DNA of 64,000 nt from Camelus ferus (Eukaryota): assembly GCF_009834535.1 (NCBI RefSeq), contig NC_045696.1, positions 8,930,001 to 8,994,000 of the forward strand, read 5' to 3'. The number at the start of each line of letters is the position of its first letter. Position 1 is the first letter of the stretch. Below the pieces are notes generated by a model, which saw only the letters and a program-made list of their open reading frames with translations, made no database searches and was not told where the DNA came from. A program made the translations under genes and the position numbers. Positions 34,864 through 47,752 of this stretch are shown here, one piece after another.

Positions 34864-37364
34864 TAAAAAGTACTTATAATCAGAGCAAAGTCAGATACTT
34901 CTCATGTTTGACAAAAGCAACTGGCATTAAGATAGTTATGTTTACTTGCAGTCAGGATTATTTTCTTTACTGTCTGTGCTTGGACCCCAAGAGTAATTCT
35001 AATAAGGTGACAACCTGACTTACCTTCCAACGGGCCAGCAGTTCCACGGTTGTCTGGTCGGTTTTACCTGACACAGACGAAGACTTCAACAACATTGTGG
35101 GGCTCTCCCACACCAAATGAAATAAAAGAACCCCCCTATGAGGCTGAAAATTCAGCACAGAACATCTTTATGGGAACCAGAATGTCATTTGACCTTTAGC
35201 AGGTTGAGATAAGGAACAGCAGCTTGAAGACAATGACTCACTTCTGAATAAGCAAGGAGAATTTTCACACCTGTCTTTGAAAAACTTTGCCCCAGGAGTC
35301 TAAGAGTCCCAGCAAAAAAAAAAAAAAGACAGTCTGTCTAGTTCTTTGGAGGAAACAAGGTCACAGTTGCAGGTTGACCTTGAAAGAAGGGGAATCCTGG
35401 CAGAACTGCACAGCTACCTTTGCTGGCAAGAAGTTCATCTGAAGCTCCAAACACCCTCCTAATAGTAGGTGAGGTTGTCTTGAAACAGAACTTTAACAAT
35501 GAAATTTGACCTGAAAGGTAGATTGAAACACTAAGTCTGTCTATCTGTCTATCATCTATCTAATCAATATATCTGTTTATTCCTATATGGGGAGAGATAT
35601 ATCACAATAGCTATTTAGAAAGGGTACTGTGCTTATAAAATATTTAACACCCAAAGTTTAAGGTATGGACAAGCATACAGATACTCTTTTATATACATTT
35701 TTATGTCAATTTGTCTTTCAGAAAGTGTGAACAATAATCCCTTTTAAAGTTGCTTTGGCATTTGGAGATACACAGATTCGCTATCTTTGGTTAATCACCG
35801 AGTGTCTGTCAAACTCAAGGATGAAACAAAATTCTTTTTGGTGTGTTTGTGACCAACTTTCCCAAAGCCACTGGAATTTTTTTTTTTTTTTTTTTTTTTT
35901 TGGTAGTCTCTTCTGCTATTAGCAAACATTTAAATGTATTCCAGCCTCTGGAACTTTCAAGTGGGAAATGAACTTAACCCCAGTCTCGTTTGAGTACGAC
36001 CAGGTGTTCCACCCTTTTCCCTCCTAACCCCAGCAAGCACCCCATAGGAAGGAGGAGAGGAAGTCAGACTTTCGACATTTGTGCAGTGAAAAAGTGTCAA
36101 TAGACAACCTGAAAATGACCAGAGGCACTCTACCAGAACCCAGGGAAAATGATCTAATAAGCCCTCACTTTTAAAATGAAATACAAGATTCATCTCCCTC
36201 TCTCGCTTAAAACAAAAAGCAGCCCCCCTCCACCGCCTTTCTCATATTTAAACAACAGCTATCAAAGATTTAACGATTGTACCATTGGACAGAGTTCAAA
36301 CAATACAGGCAAGAAAAAATGTACAGCTGTCAAGGAACCGGCCCAGTCAGAAGCGCCCCAGACAAATCGCTGCACATCATCGGCTGGTTTTAATTAACAG
36401 CAGACTCCAAGCTGGTTTCTCTTCCCCTCTTTTTCTTCGGTAACTTTAAACAAAGTGATTTGTAATGTTTTGTCTTATATAGTATCTACCCCAGTGGAAG
36501 TGGAGGATGTTCATGGAAATAACCGGGCCAAAGTTCAAAGCAGATTACGGCATCTAAAGGATACCTTGAGATTGTAATCTTGGTGCTCCAAGAAGAAATG
36601 AGTTAAGTTTAGTCATTCTTCCTCCTGAAGGGCTGACTCTCTTGTGAAGCGAGGTTACACGGTTATTATGATACCAGATTATTACGAATGCTGATCTAAT
36701 TTTAAGGATATTTTTATCCTGTGGTTAATGGGAAAACATTTTTTGTTGTAAGCTGTCACTGTCAAGGAGGTTTTTAGATCTTTAGTTAAGGGAAGACTTC
36801 CCTTAGTGAGTAAAGGAATTCTTCAGCAAAGAAACACTTCCCTCAGTGACCAAATACTACGGGAGACCATTAAATAATGCAAATATTATTGATGGAAGAT
36901 GCCTCAGAGGTCACACAGTCTGAACCTTTTATTATATGGATAAGAAGACACAGTTGCTGTATGTTAATATTTGCAGAATAAATGAATGAGGCTGATGCCC
37001 AGAGAAAGAACTTTCCCTGAGGTCCCATGTCTGGTTAGAGAGCCCCACAGGCTGCATGCATATGACCCCCAGGGAGGAAGGGGGCTTAAAGTGATTAGAA
37101 AACATTTAACATATTGACAGAGTAGGTCATGTTAAGAACTAACTGTCTTCTTTTGTGTGATAAAATGCCGAGCACAGCTCTCAGTGCCGGGATGATCAAC
37201 AAGATGGTTGGGAAAAGCAGAATTAGAACCCAGTACTCTCCAATTACCAAGTGGTCAGAAGTTGAACCATTGAATTTAACACACTTCATTCATGAATTAA
37301 ATACTGTCCTTCAAAACACAGCTTTTCTCCCATTGGCCTAACCATTTTCTGGCTCATGGGAAAA

Positions 37365-37612
37365 CAGTGCGATAAAGTGGCCGAGATCATGGGCTCATCA
37401 GTCAGTCTACCTGGGTCTAAATCTTGGACCGACCACTTACCTGCTAAGTAAACTCAGATGAGTCATCCAGCTCTCTGTGCCCTGGTTCCCCATCTGAAAA
37501 GCGGGGGCAACATGATTACCTTCCCCCTAGACCTGCTGTGAGATTCAAATAAGTTACTAAGTGAAAGGCTTAGAACTGTACACAGTAAGTTCCATAGACA
37601 CGCTGCCTGTTA
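37365..37612 (+). mobile_element. MIR SINE
   Basis: 'cctgggtctaaatcttggaccgaccacttacctgct...ctctctgtgccctggttccccatctgaaaa...gctgtgagattcaaataag'. Confidence 0.8.
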
Positions 37613-38141
37613 GAAGGAATATTGACCTTCATCCTTCCTCATGTGATTTCCAACAGCATGAGGCCAAAGGTCCAAAGAACCATCTGTGACTCTGTTATTG
37701 CTCTCTAAATTATTTGGGCTCCAATATTTTTTGTGGTGGTTTTTGATGTCTTTTGAGAAAGAGGAGAACTTGGAAATAGATTTTCAGTTTCCATAAAACT
37801 CACTGGTATTTTTAGATGAAATTGTCAAGAACAACAGCTTGCACATCTACAAAAGATCACCCCGTGCCATTTCCAGAAGCAGAATAGGGGCTGAGAAGGG
37901 TCCCTCCAGGCTCTAACATGGCATTTGGAATCCTAATATAAGCCTGACTCCACACTGAGGTTGCTCAAGAAAACAAGTTCATGGAGTGTAGGCAGTATAC
38001 ACCCAAACTCACCTTCCAGTTTCATAGGTTCCTACTGCTCCAAGACAGCTGTAAATGGGATGTTCTGGTGAATCACATTATTTGGCGGAGAGATTACACT
38101 CAGTATCTCGTACTCAGTGCCTCGAGGCTTTGATATGTTAC

Positions 38142-38317
38142 CAGGGCTTGGCAAACTTTGCCCTATGCCTTGTTTTGAGCTATTAATGGTTTTTTTTTTT
38201 TTCACATTTTTAAAGGGTAATAACAATAACAAAATATGCAACAGAGGCTGTTTGTAGACCACAAAGTCTAAAATATTTATTCTTTGGTCCTTTATAGAAA
38301 AAATATGTTGACCATTG
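38142..38317. mobile_element. MER58B-like hAT-Charlie MITE (internally deleted)
   Basis: Ends 'cagggcttggcaaact' and 'aaaatatttattctttggtcctttatagaaaaaatatgttgaccattg'. Confidence 0.75.
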
Positions 38318-38444
38318 AGTTAGGCTATAACAAAACGCATTTAACATAAAAACCTCGTGGAGCGTAATTTAATCTTTTATGATTCAGAAGCCACTTCTGA
38401 CTTGTCATACTCCAGGTTCAAGATTAAAACAACAGTTATGAGTG

Positions 38445-38705
38445 GGCTCTATAATAGTTAAAAGTGTGAATTCCAAAATCAGATCGCCTTGGATCAAATC
38501 AAGGCTCTACCACATACTAAGTGTGTGATCTTTTTCAAATTACTTAGTCTTCCTAAGCCTTGGTTTCCTCACCTGTAAAAAATGAGCGTTATAATAGCTG
38601 CCTCACCAGCTGATAGGAGGATCAAAGGACATAATGCATCCAAAACACCTGCACACGAAGGATGTTCGTGAAATATGCATTTAATATTAGCTGTTGCTGT
38701 TGTAG
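38445..38705 (+). mobile_element. MIR SINE
   Basis: 'ggctctaccacatactaagtgtgtgatc...aagccttggtttcctcacctgtaaaaaatgag'. Confidence 0.85.
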
Positions 38706-39071
38706 CTCCCAACAAAAAGTGTCTGGTTCTTTCAACTTCCTGGTTATTTACATGTTGTGTGAGTGGAAACGGACATCACCACCATCCTGGCCAAGATGAT
38801 CTATCCAATTTCCTGACTCTCATTTCTAGTACGTCCATCAAACTACATCAGAGTTAGAGGTGTCACATGTGGCTGTCACACATAACTGGAGTGTGGAAAG
38901 ACTGAGTGAGGAGGATAATCTCTGCCAAATTCTACACTCACATTTACACCCTCCTGCCATGTGTTCATTCTAGCTCTGGTAGCTGCACATGAGATGCATG
39001 CATTTCTGTTCCTTTTAAGATCCTTAGAGCCCTTGGGTGGCTTTAAAATAGCTGTTTTGCACCTAAGAATC

Positions 39072-39180
39072 AGGTGAATTGTGGTGATCATTTCACAGTG
39101 CATTTATCAAATCATCAAGTTGTATGCCTTAAATATATACAATTTTTATTTGTCAATTATACCTCAACAAAGCTGGAAAA
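39072..39180 (+). mobile_element. Old L1M 3' terminus
   Basis: 'ttgtggtgatcatttcacag...ccttaaatatatacaatttttatttgtcaattatacctcaacaaagctggaaaa'. Confidence 0.8.
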
Positions 39181-41329
39181 ATACTATACATCATTAAAAG
39201 ATGCTTACAAAGAGATTTTGAAATGATGCTTCAATAATACTGTGAAGCAAAAAAAGAAAAGAAAAGAAAATTATATTTGCAGCAAAAAAGAAAAGAAAAG
39301 AGAAGGAAAAAAATTAGCCTGTAGTCACAGAGGCAGGAAGAGTCCAAGTTTGCAAAGACTGCAGTTCTTGGCCAAAGCTACCAGGAAAATGTGCTCCTTT
39401 AATGTGGATGTTAGAATGGAAGATGTGTTAATATCATATAACATGAGTGAAAAGTGAACCTTGGTTTTTAAAAGGATCTCACATTTGAGGGATTATGTAT
39501 TATTTAAATAAAACCTCACAAAGCCTGATTCATGCAATGACCTAACAGGAAAAAATCCATTTCCGTAGACTTTTCTGATAAATATAGTTTCTTGCAATGA
39601 GGATTATCACTTGTTCATTTCTAAGTACAAAAATAGTTTCATTTTTTTTTTGAGATTTGTGATTCAAAGGCACAAGATAAATTAAGAAAAAATACAATTT
39701 CAAGTCTAAATTGTGCTGGAAAGTGTTTCTTCATCCATGTCTGAATGTTACATGCTTTCATCTGTGTTTCTTTGAGGGTCAAAAAAGTCTGAAGTTTCCT
39801 TTAGGCTTACATGACGAGTATTTCCTTTTAACACTTCAATAAAAAATATATAGAAGTTTTCCGTAGATCTTAGAGGCTGAAGAACAGTGGAAACAAAATT
39901 TCCACTGAATATTGGAAGTCGGCCTCCCAGATGGAACACAGGGTTGGGGTAAGAAAACTGGTTCTATTTTACAAGATTTGGAAGCCCAATAAAATTTCTC
40001 CAACTCCCAGACAGTCTTCGACCAAGGGCAAAAATGTCCCGGCACTATTGGAAAAATAAAACAAAACAAACAAAAAAATGCAACCTGTGACTTAGAGGAA
40101 TATTAGAATAAACTATTTGAGCCGTCTGCATCTTCAAGAACATTATCAAAGGGCTTTTATATTTGGAGGGAGATAACAGCATTCTCTTCTTCTTGGTTTA
40201 TCAAAGACAACTTATAGTCTGTAATATTTCTACCGTACAACTGTAGTTAACATGCCAAGTCTTAGTGGGAAATTGCTTTCAAGCAATTTCTCATTATCCA
40301 AGGACTGTCATCTTATCAACTGATTTGAACCACTCAAGATATCCCCTTGGATAGCCGACAGCCCCGGGCTTTGATAATGAATGTAGGCTTTCCTAGGAGT
40401 TTGCTTTCCTTATTTCTTACTAAGCAAAATTTCCCCACTAGCAGCATCTTTCTTCGTGAAATCCTAGGAAACGTTAAGGGGGGATTTTGTTGTCCATTAC
40501 ACGCTATTTAGTACATCCTACTGCTACAGTGAAATGCGTATTTTCCACCTCTTAAGGAAGTCACTTCAGCTTGCAACACTGCCTTATTATGGCGTTTAAA
40601 AGATTCCATCTTTGTAAATGGAATAAGTTAATAAAATGGGTCCAAATGGGTCCTGTTATTAGAAGCAACTCTCCATGCTCAACGTGGAAAACACCCTTCC
40701 TGGAGACTCAGCAATTTCCACTGGAATTCCAGCCTGATTGACTGGTCTCCATACCTCCCCTCAAATGCATGTGTTAGTGTGGCTGTAGCTTTTCTGGAAA
40801 TGTTCTTCTCTGACCCAGCAGTAACATCCATCCATCACCCTTGTCTCTTCTATTTCATCTGCTAGCCAGCACTACAGATATAAGAAGCAATTAATAATGA
40901 TGGAAATATAAAATATTTCTTTAATAAGCAAAGCTGGGGTAGTACAAACAGTGGCTTAACTGGAAAGAACATTTCCACATGGAGGCTCCGGGTCCCTGCT
41001 TATCCATCTGTCTCGTGGTGATTATTGTTAACTCACATTTTAAAGTTTATCTCCGTATCCCCAGAACTGCGGGATATCTCTCCCCAGCAAGATTATTCCC
41101 AGGAAGTTTCTAGACACTGTGGCCAGTTTTCTGACCCTCCCACTTCAGTGGCCTCTTCCGCTGTCTTCTGAGAGCACAATAGCAATTTTCCATCCCTAAC
41201 AGGGGTGGTGATCATTTGCTTCTTTTTGATGGTAAGCCAGTTCGACAGGCTGGGCCAACAGATGAAGACTTTCTTATTCATCGTTTTTGTTTCTTCTGGG
41301 TCTCAGACAACCACCCGTTGGAGACGTCA

Positions 41330-41500
41330 TATCTTATGAAATGCATGTGATTCTCACAATGACTCTAAAAGTAGTGTTATTATTGCTATTGTTTTGAACA
41401 GATAAGGAAGCTGAGGTTCACAGAGTTTAAGCATTTGTCTAAAGGCCATCCATCCAGTAGGCAGAGGAGCAGCTGTAGGATTCCAAGGTCACTGCAGTAG
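41330..41500 (-). mobile_element. MIR SINE
   Basis: 'acagataaggaagctgaggttcacagagtttaagcatttgtctaaaggc'. Confidence 0.75.
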
Positions 41501-41924
41501 ATCCATGGAACACCTGCTTTCCACAAGGTACCCTCTACAATGTATTCCTCTATCAGTAAAGCTAGATGTTAACAAACAAACTCATCCTATAGACAGCCTC
41601 TCCAAAAACAGAGTCAAGATGTCAAACTGTCCAGAAATCAAACTATAGACTCTGTGCAAAAGTTGAAGATCTAAAGGGCTTGGGTTTTTAACCATGCTAA
41701 GTAGCTGAAAGTATGAGTCTGTCATGTTCCCCATCCCACCTTGCAGGCTTCCAGCACTTGCCCATAGCTCACTAGTAGGGAGCTCTAGGCCATCTGAGAC
41801 ATCTATGAAGTCAGTGGGCTGGGGAAAAAGGAGTGGAGTGGGTCTGCCAGGCATCGGGGTTGAATCAGTCTTCAGCCCTTAAGTGCTTTTTTAGAAGTAG
41901 CCTCTTCAAAATCATGCATTTCTT

Positions 41925-42074
41925 TTCTGTTTTTTTTTTTTTTTTTTTGAGGGGGGCAGGTAATTAGGTTTGTTTGTTTATTTATTTTTAAATGGAGGTT
42001 CTGGGGATTAAACCCAGGATGCTGGGCATGCTAAGCGTGCTCTCTACCACTGAATTATACCACCCACCCCTCCA
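41925..42074 (-). mobile_element. tRNA-derived SINE (camelid Vic-1 type) with perfect 18-bp TSD
   Basis: Homologous to 21099-21236; TSD caaaatcatgcatttctt at 41907-41924 and 42075-42092. Confidence 0.92.
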
Positions 42075-42289
42075 CAAAATCATGCATTTCTTGCAACCTT
42101 GCACCTCTCCTGTATCTTCCCACGTAAATCCCTGTTCGTCTCCTTAGGGACCAGTTTCTTCAGGCAGATTTAGTTTAGGGGAATTTGATTTTACTTTGGG
42201 TTTCCTGTGTCTTATCTTATGGGGCACACTGCATTTCTAAAAGCAATGCTTTAATAACTTGACAGCTTCAATGTAACTTTGCAGCTTCT

Positions 42290-42650
42290 CCCCCCATGAA
42301 TACAGGTTAGTCACGTGACTTGTTTAGGCCAAAGGGGTGACAGCAAGCGTGACCCAGGCAGAGACTTTAATAGCACTTCTACGTTGGGAACTGCCTCCCT
42401 CTGCTGTACTTGGGGGCTTGTGACCACCGTGCAAATGAGCCCAAGCCAGCCTGCTATAGGATGAGAGACCACTTGGAGGAAAATTACAGTGCTTCAGTGG
42501 GCCTGAGTCGACAGAGTGGGCAGATGCATAAGCGAGCCCAGCCCAGCCCGGCCACACCTGGCCTAGCCCAGGAAAGCCCCTGAGCTGAGCCCAGGCCAAA
42601 CTGCCAAATCCCACAATCCCAGGATGAGCTATTAAAAGATGTCAATTTGT
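42290..42650 (+). mobile_element. MLT1 (MaLR) LTR fragment
   Basis: 'gtgacttgtttaggccaa...gagcccaagccagcctgct...gctgagcccaggccaaactgcc'. Confidence 0.75.
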
Positions 42651-42749
42651 TTAAAAAATAATAATAATTTGACAGCTTGATGCCACTTGTGTTAAAATAT
42701 CCTCAACTCTGTGAGAAGCCCTGGGATTTTTCTTTTCAGTTTCTTCTCT

Positions 42750-43205
42750 CTTTTTTTTTTTTTCCAACTTTTTTTTTAACTGAGATTTTCAAACATACAC
42801 AAAATTGGAAGAATTGTACAGAACATACCCATACCCATTGCTTAGTTCTATAACCAATAATTTGCTATATTTGCTTTATTATCTGTCTAACTATTCACCT
42901 TTCTATCCATCAGTCCGTATTATTTCTGATGTATTTTAAAGCAAGTTGCAGACATCAGTATTCATCGGTAAGCATTTCTTTATGCATCTCATTAGCAAGA
43001 GCATCACATTTGTTTATGTATATTTTTAAAGAAAGTTGTGTGCCGTGAAATGCATAAATCTTATGTGCAACCTTCCAAGTTTTGATAAATGCGCACAGGT
43101 ATATAATGCAATCCTTACTGAGATACAGAGCAAGACCAGCATCCACATGGTTCTCTCCTGCCCATTCCCAGTCAATCTCCACCCACCCAGAGGCAACCAA
43201 TTGTC
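42750..43205 (-). mobile_element. Old L1M 3' end fragments
   Basis: 'ttttcaaacatacacaaaattggaagaattgtaca' and 'ttctctcctgcccattcccagtcaatctccacccacccagaggcaacc'. Confidence 0.7.
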
Positions 43206-43903
43206 CTTTTTACTTTTATTTAAGCATGAAAGGACATTTTTCCAAATGACACTAATGCAGGATCTACATCTGTGCCACTGTTGGAATCTGGAGACAAGTC
43301 ATCAATTACTACCCAAAGTATAAAATACTCAGAAGTAGGAACCTCACTCTTGCCTCTTACCAGAATTATCTCCATTTGTACTTTCTTTAACTAAGTGTTT
43401 TTTCCACCATTGGCCAATGGTTCGTCCATCTTTCTGTGATGTCCAAAGCCGCATGAACAGACTTCAGAGAAGTTCAGACTGGCAATCTGTGGGGACAGTT
43501 TGGCTTGTAGAACTTCTGCTTTGCGGCTTTGGACACGGTCAGGCTGTGGGGCACTGAGCGTGTTCCGTGCGCAGTGATCGCTTGCATCAGGCTGACACTG
43601 GAGACTTTTCTGTCTTCACTCATGAGGTTTCTTGGCACCACTGGGCATTGCTCATTCGCCACGGGGTGCTGTGGAGTGATAGGGCCACCTGCTACAGCCC
43701 TGCTGCACAATGCCCAATTCAGGGCCAGCCCTTAGTCAGATGGCACATGCTTCTGACTAAGCTGATTTTGTGTGTGTGTCACAGGATGCCATGAAGTGGA
43801 GTGACCTTCTACAACATGAGCTGGGACATTCCATTGTAATCAGCGAGTTTTTGTTGGATTTTCTGCTTCAGGAATCTGCCAAAGAAAAGTTGTAGAAGGA
43901 AAG

Positions 43904-44452
43904 TACCTTTTTAAGGAACCTCCACACTGTTCTCCATAGTTAGCCAATATATTTTATCATTTTTCTGTTATCCTTGGTCTGTGCTCTGGGAGATGCGGTG
44001 AGGACCTAGAGCCCACATTTACCTGTGGGAACTACAGGATAGCCGTTTTTGTCTGAGCACCACCTCCATGATGAAGCCTGAGAATTTGGAGAACACCTTG
44101 CTTTGTGTTATGCTTTTTATTTTTCAAAGAGTTTGTCTATGTCTGCTTAAGGAATGCTTCCAACTTTTTGGAGGCAAATCATAAAGACATTATTAGCACC
44201 CTCCCTGTGTCTCATACCTTTTTCCAAGGGCGTCTCAGTGGAAAATGCACAATTTGCACCTTTGTTTGTCACTTCTCAGATGGCTCTCCTTTCCCCTGAG
44301 CTGGGAGTCCAGGCTAACCCTGTATTTCTCACAGGTAAATGTGGGCTCTAGGCCCTCACTGCATCTCCCAGAGCAGAGACCAGGGATAACATAAAAATGA
44401 TAAAAATATTGGCTAACTATGGAGGACAGTGTGGAGGTTCCTTAAAAAAGTA
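43904..44452. repeat. Inverted repeat: arms 43904-44044 and 44312-44452, 267-bp spacer
   Basis: Manual reverse-complement alignment gives about 12 differences over ~141 nt. Confidence 0.95.
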
Positions 44453-45110
44453 AAAATGGAGTTACCATATGACCCAACAATCCCACTCCTGGGCACATAT
44501 CCGGAGAAAACTCTAATTTGAAAAGACACATTACCCCAATGTTCATAGCAGCACTATTTACAATAGCCAAGACATGGAAATAAACTAAATGGCCATCGAC
44601 AGATGACTGGATAAAGAAGATGTAGTATATACATATATGGTGGAACTACTCAGCCATAAAAAGGAATGAAATAATGCCATTTGCAGCAACGCGGATGGAC
44701 CTAGAGATGATCGCAGTAAGTGAAGTAAGTCAGACAAAGACAAATATCATATAATATCACTTACATGTGGAATCTAAAAAATGATACAAATGAACTTATT
44801 TACAAAGCAGAAAGAGACTCTCCAACATAGAAAACAAACTATGATTACCAAAGAGGAAAGAGGTTGGGGGGAGGGATAAATTAAGAGTTTGGGATTAACA
44901 GATACACATTACTGTATATAAAATAGATAAACAACAAGGTCCTACTGTGTAGCACAGGAAACTCTAAGTATAGCCAATATCTTGTAATAGCCTATAATGG
45001 AAAAGAATCTGAAAAAGAATATATATATATGTATATGTATAATTGAATCACCTAGCTGTATACCTGAAATTAACAACATTGTAAATCAACTATGATTCAA
45101 CAACAACAAC
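44417..45110 (+). mobile_element. 5'-truncated L1 (ORF2 C-terminal end plus 3' UTR) with 14-bp TSD
   Basis: 'gaggttccttaaaaaagtaaaaatggagttaccatatgacccaacaatcccactcctggg...'; (CAA)n tail; TSD aaaatattggctaa at 44403-44416 and 45111-45124. Confidence 0.95.
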
Positions 45111-45169
45111 AAAATATTGGCTAATATACCTTGGAGCTTACCATAGCCATTAGAATTCTAGCAGGAAAA

Positions 45170-45600
45170 AAAAATGTCCCAGCACCGAGTTATGGAAATT
45201 AGGGAGAATGTAATGAAAATAATTATTTCCAGATGGATAAGCTTGGGAAACTCATAAGGAGCAGTGAAGCACCCAGGGACTAGCAACCTCTAAGGCTGAG
45301 GGAGCAAGGGGAGGTGCTGAGCAGTGGAGCTGCAGGAGGGGGAACATCCAACAGGAGCTATAGCCATCGCCGCCTCCCTGGTGGAACTACAATGAGGCAA
45401 GGAGAGAGGGAAGGAGAAATACACTGACCTCTCTCTCCCCTCCTCCTGCAGTCTTTCTCCAGAGGTCAAAGCAGCCCAGGCAATGCAGTCCTGCCCCCCA
45501 CAGCTCATCCCCAGGGGCAGGTAGAGGAGCAGGGAGAACAGCTGTGAGGTGTAGCGGGGCACGTTGGGAATAACCAGCACCCTGATTGGAGCCCCATCCT
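45170..45600 (-). mobile_element. LTR33-like ERVL LTR
   Basis: 'gaagcacccagggactagcaac', 'ctgacctctctctcccctcctcc' resemble recalled LTR33 antisense sequence. Confidence 0.5.
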
Positions 45601-46149
45601 GTTGGTCTAAGGAGGCAGGCAGGCCATTCTGATACCCTGAGAAAACAGCCTTTGGGGCTCATTCCCAAAGTCTAATTGGATCAGTAGACCCAGCAAGTCT
45701 ACTACGATCCACACCTAATCAGGGAATCTGCATATTGGCCTGAGATCAACACAAAGATCCCTTTAGTGGTGCTGAGAATTTTGTTCCGGAAACCCTCATA
45801 TTAGCATGGAGAGTCTAAAAGTTCTCACGGGGGAGGCACACCTAGGCCTTGCTGTTTCTGGGATCCTAAGATCATCTCCTCCTGCAGTCTTATAGGTTCC
45901 AGCTTAGAGATTCTGGTAGACCAGAATCCCGTTTGTTCCGTCTGGTGACAGTGACTAAAAGCCTCACCTGTACCGCTCTGCTCCCCTCCCCACCATGGGG
46001 AAAACCACTTAAGTTACTCAGTGTCCCTTCAGATAAACGCTGTGCAATGCAGCTGACAAATCTCTTCAGTTATTCCCGAAGCACTGATTGCACACCTACA
46101 CCCACATCGGGGGTTTGCTCAGCATATGGCTTGGGGGGCACAACTCAGT

Positions 46150-46246
46150 CCCAGCACCCCTATTTCCAGATAAGATCCTATTCACAGGCACTGGGGGTTA
46201 AGACTTCAAGCCTATCTTTTTAAGGGACACAATTCAATCTACAACA
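46150..46246 (-). mobile_element. MLT1 LTR terminus
   Basis: 'cctatttccagataagatcctattcacaggcactgggggttaagacttcaa...ggacacaattcaatctacaaca'. Confidence 0.8.
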
Positions 46247-46949
46247 AAAGCCAATGGGTGTAGGGACTCCAGAAACTGTATTTGGACTAGGCTTTGCCCC
46301 CTGGAGGGTGACTCTGGAGGACTCACTTTTCCATCCTTGTCCCAGGGGAAGCCCCACTGAGAACAGAGATGTGAGTGTCGGCCTCTTGGGAGGTCCTGAC
46401 GACTGAAGGAACCTCTGAGCAGAAAGGCAGCTGTGGCTGGGGTGAGCTGGGGAGGGGGGGATGCTCCCCCGACAACTGCCCACCCAGACCCAGGATGGAC
46501 CCCACGCGCCTGAGGCGGTAGCAGCCATCACTTTGGCAGGGAAGTGGGGTCCCCCATGTGGGCTCAAGCTGCTGCCTGTGGCCTGAGGTGCTGGGGGCCT
46601 TCACACCTCTTTCTTCTGCTGCTCAGATACCTTCCACATGGCCTTTCCACAGGGGCCTTAATCATTTCCTTCTTTTTACTACACTGATTGCTCACACATG
46701 CCCATTCCCGGGGGGTCTACACTATCCGAGGCATGTGATACACCCACAGCCCGTCTGAGCAAGCCTGGCAAGGCCACAGGCCTGGTGCTCATATGTGGGC
46801 CGAGCCATGTGGCTCAGGGAAGCTAGAAGGACTCCCTGCTCTCTGGGCAGGAGGCACCCTCAACTGGGAACCCCATTTTTCATTGAGGATGGAACTGTGA
46901 AATAATTAGGAAACCAGATCTGCTTTTCAATCTTTGTCTTTATATGACT

Positions 46950-47160
46950 CAAGGGAAATGGCCTAAGCTCACAAGCCTTGCCTTCTTCATCTGTAAAATG
47001 GGGCTAATTCCAGCGCCGACCACAGAGGGTGGTTGTAAGGATGGGTTGAAATGATGAATTTAAAATGCTCTGGGTATTGTTCTCGGTCCTGGTGATGCAT
47101 TGTTCCATGAGTAACGATAATCACTTTGTTCTACACACACGCCTAGTAGTAGGTGTGCAC
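46950..47160 (+). mobile_element. MIR SINE
   Basis: 'cttcttcatctgtaaaatggggctaat...cagagggtggttgtaaggatg'. Confidence 0.75.
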
Positions 47161-47752
47161 CGAGCGAGGCATCTGGGGAAGAGGAGAAACAAGACAAAGG
47201 GGACACATGGTCCACTAGTTCATTGTGTTCGAAGCCCACCTGCACAACCGCCGCCAGCTCTATTACCCACCAGGTTGCTTCGCCAGCTGGGGTGGAGAGA
47301 AGGCAGCGTCAGATCTTCGGGGCGTGTCAAGTTCCTCCACCACCCAGACAGCCCCATCGTGACTTGATTTAGGGAAAGACTTTAATGTGGCCTCCAGGAT
47401 CTGTGAACCCTGTACAAAGTGGATTTATTCAAGTCGCTGCTCTCAGACCTCCTTTAACTCCAAGCTCGGGTTGTATTTGTTTCCCTGGAGTTGCCAACTG
47501 AGCTGTGCAATCGAGAAGGAAGCATTCACTGAGGTGAGCCACAAATGCTGTAGAAGGATACATTGCTCTGATTTATGTGTGCGACCCTGCTGGTCCCAAA
47601 GCCAGTGTCACTGGAACACAGAGCACCACACTCGCCTACTGCTGTGATTCTCGCTGCTGATGTGGCATCTTGCTATTAGAAGAGTTACTGTCACTTTTAT
47701 TTCAAAAGAAAGCTTATCCTTTGAAGACAGGTAGGTACCTTTATTTGCTTTT

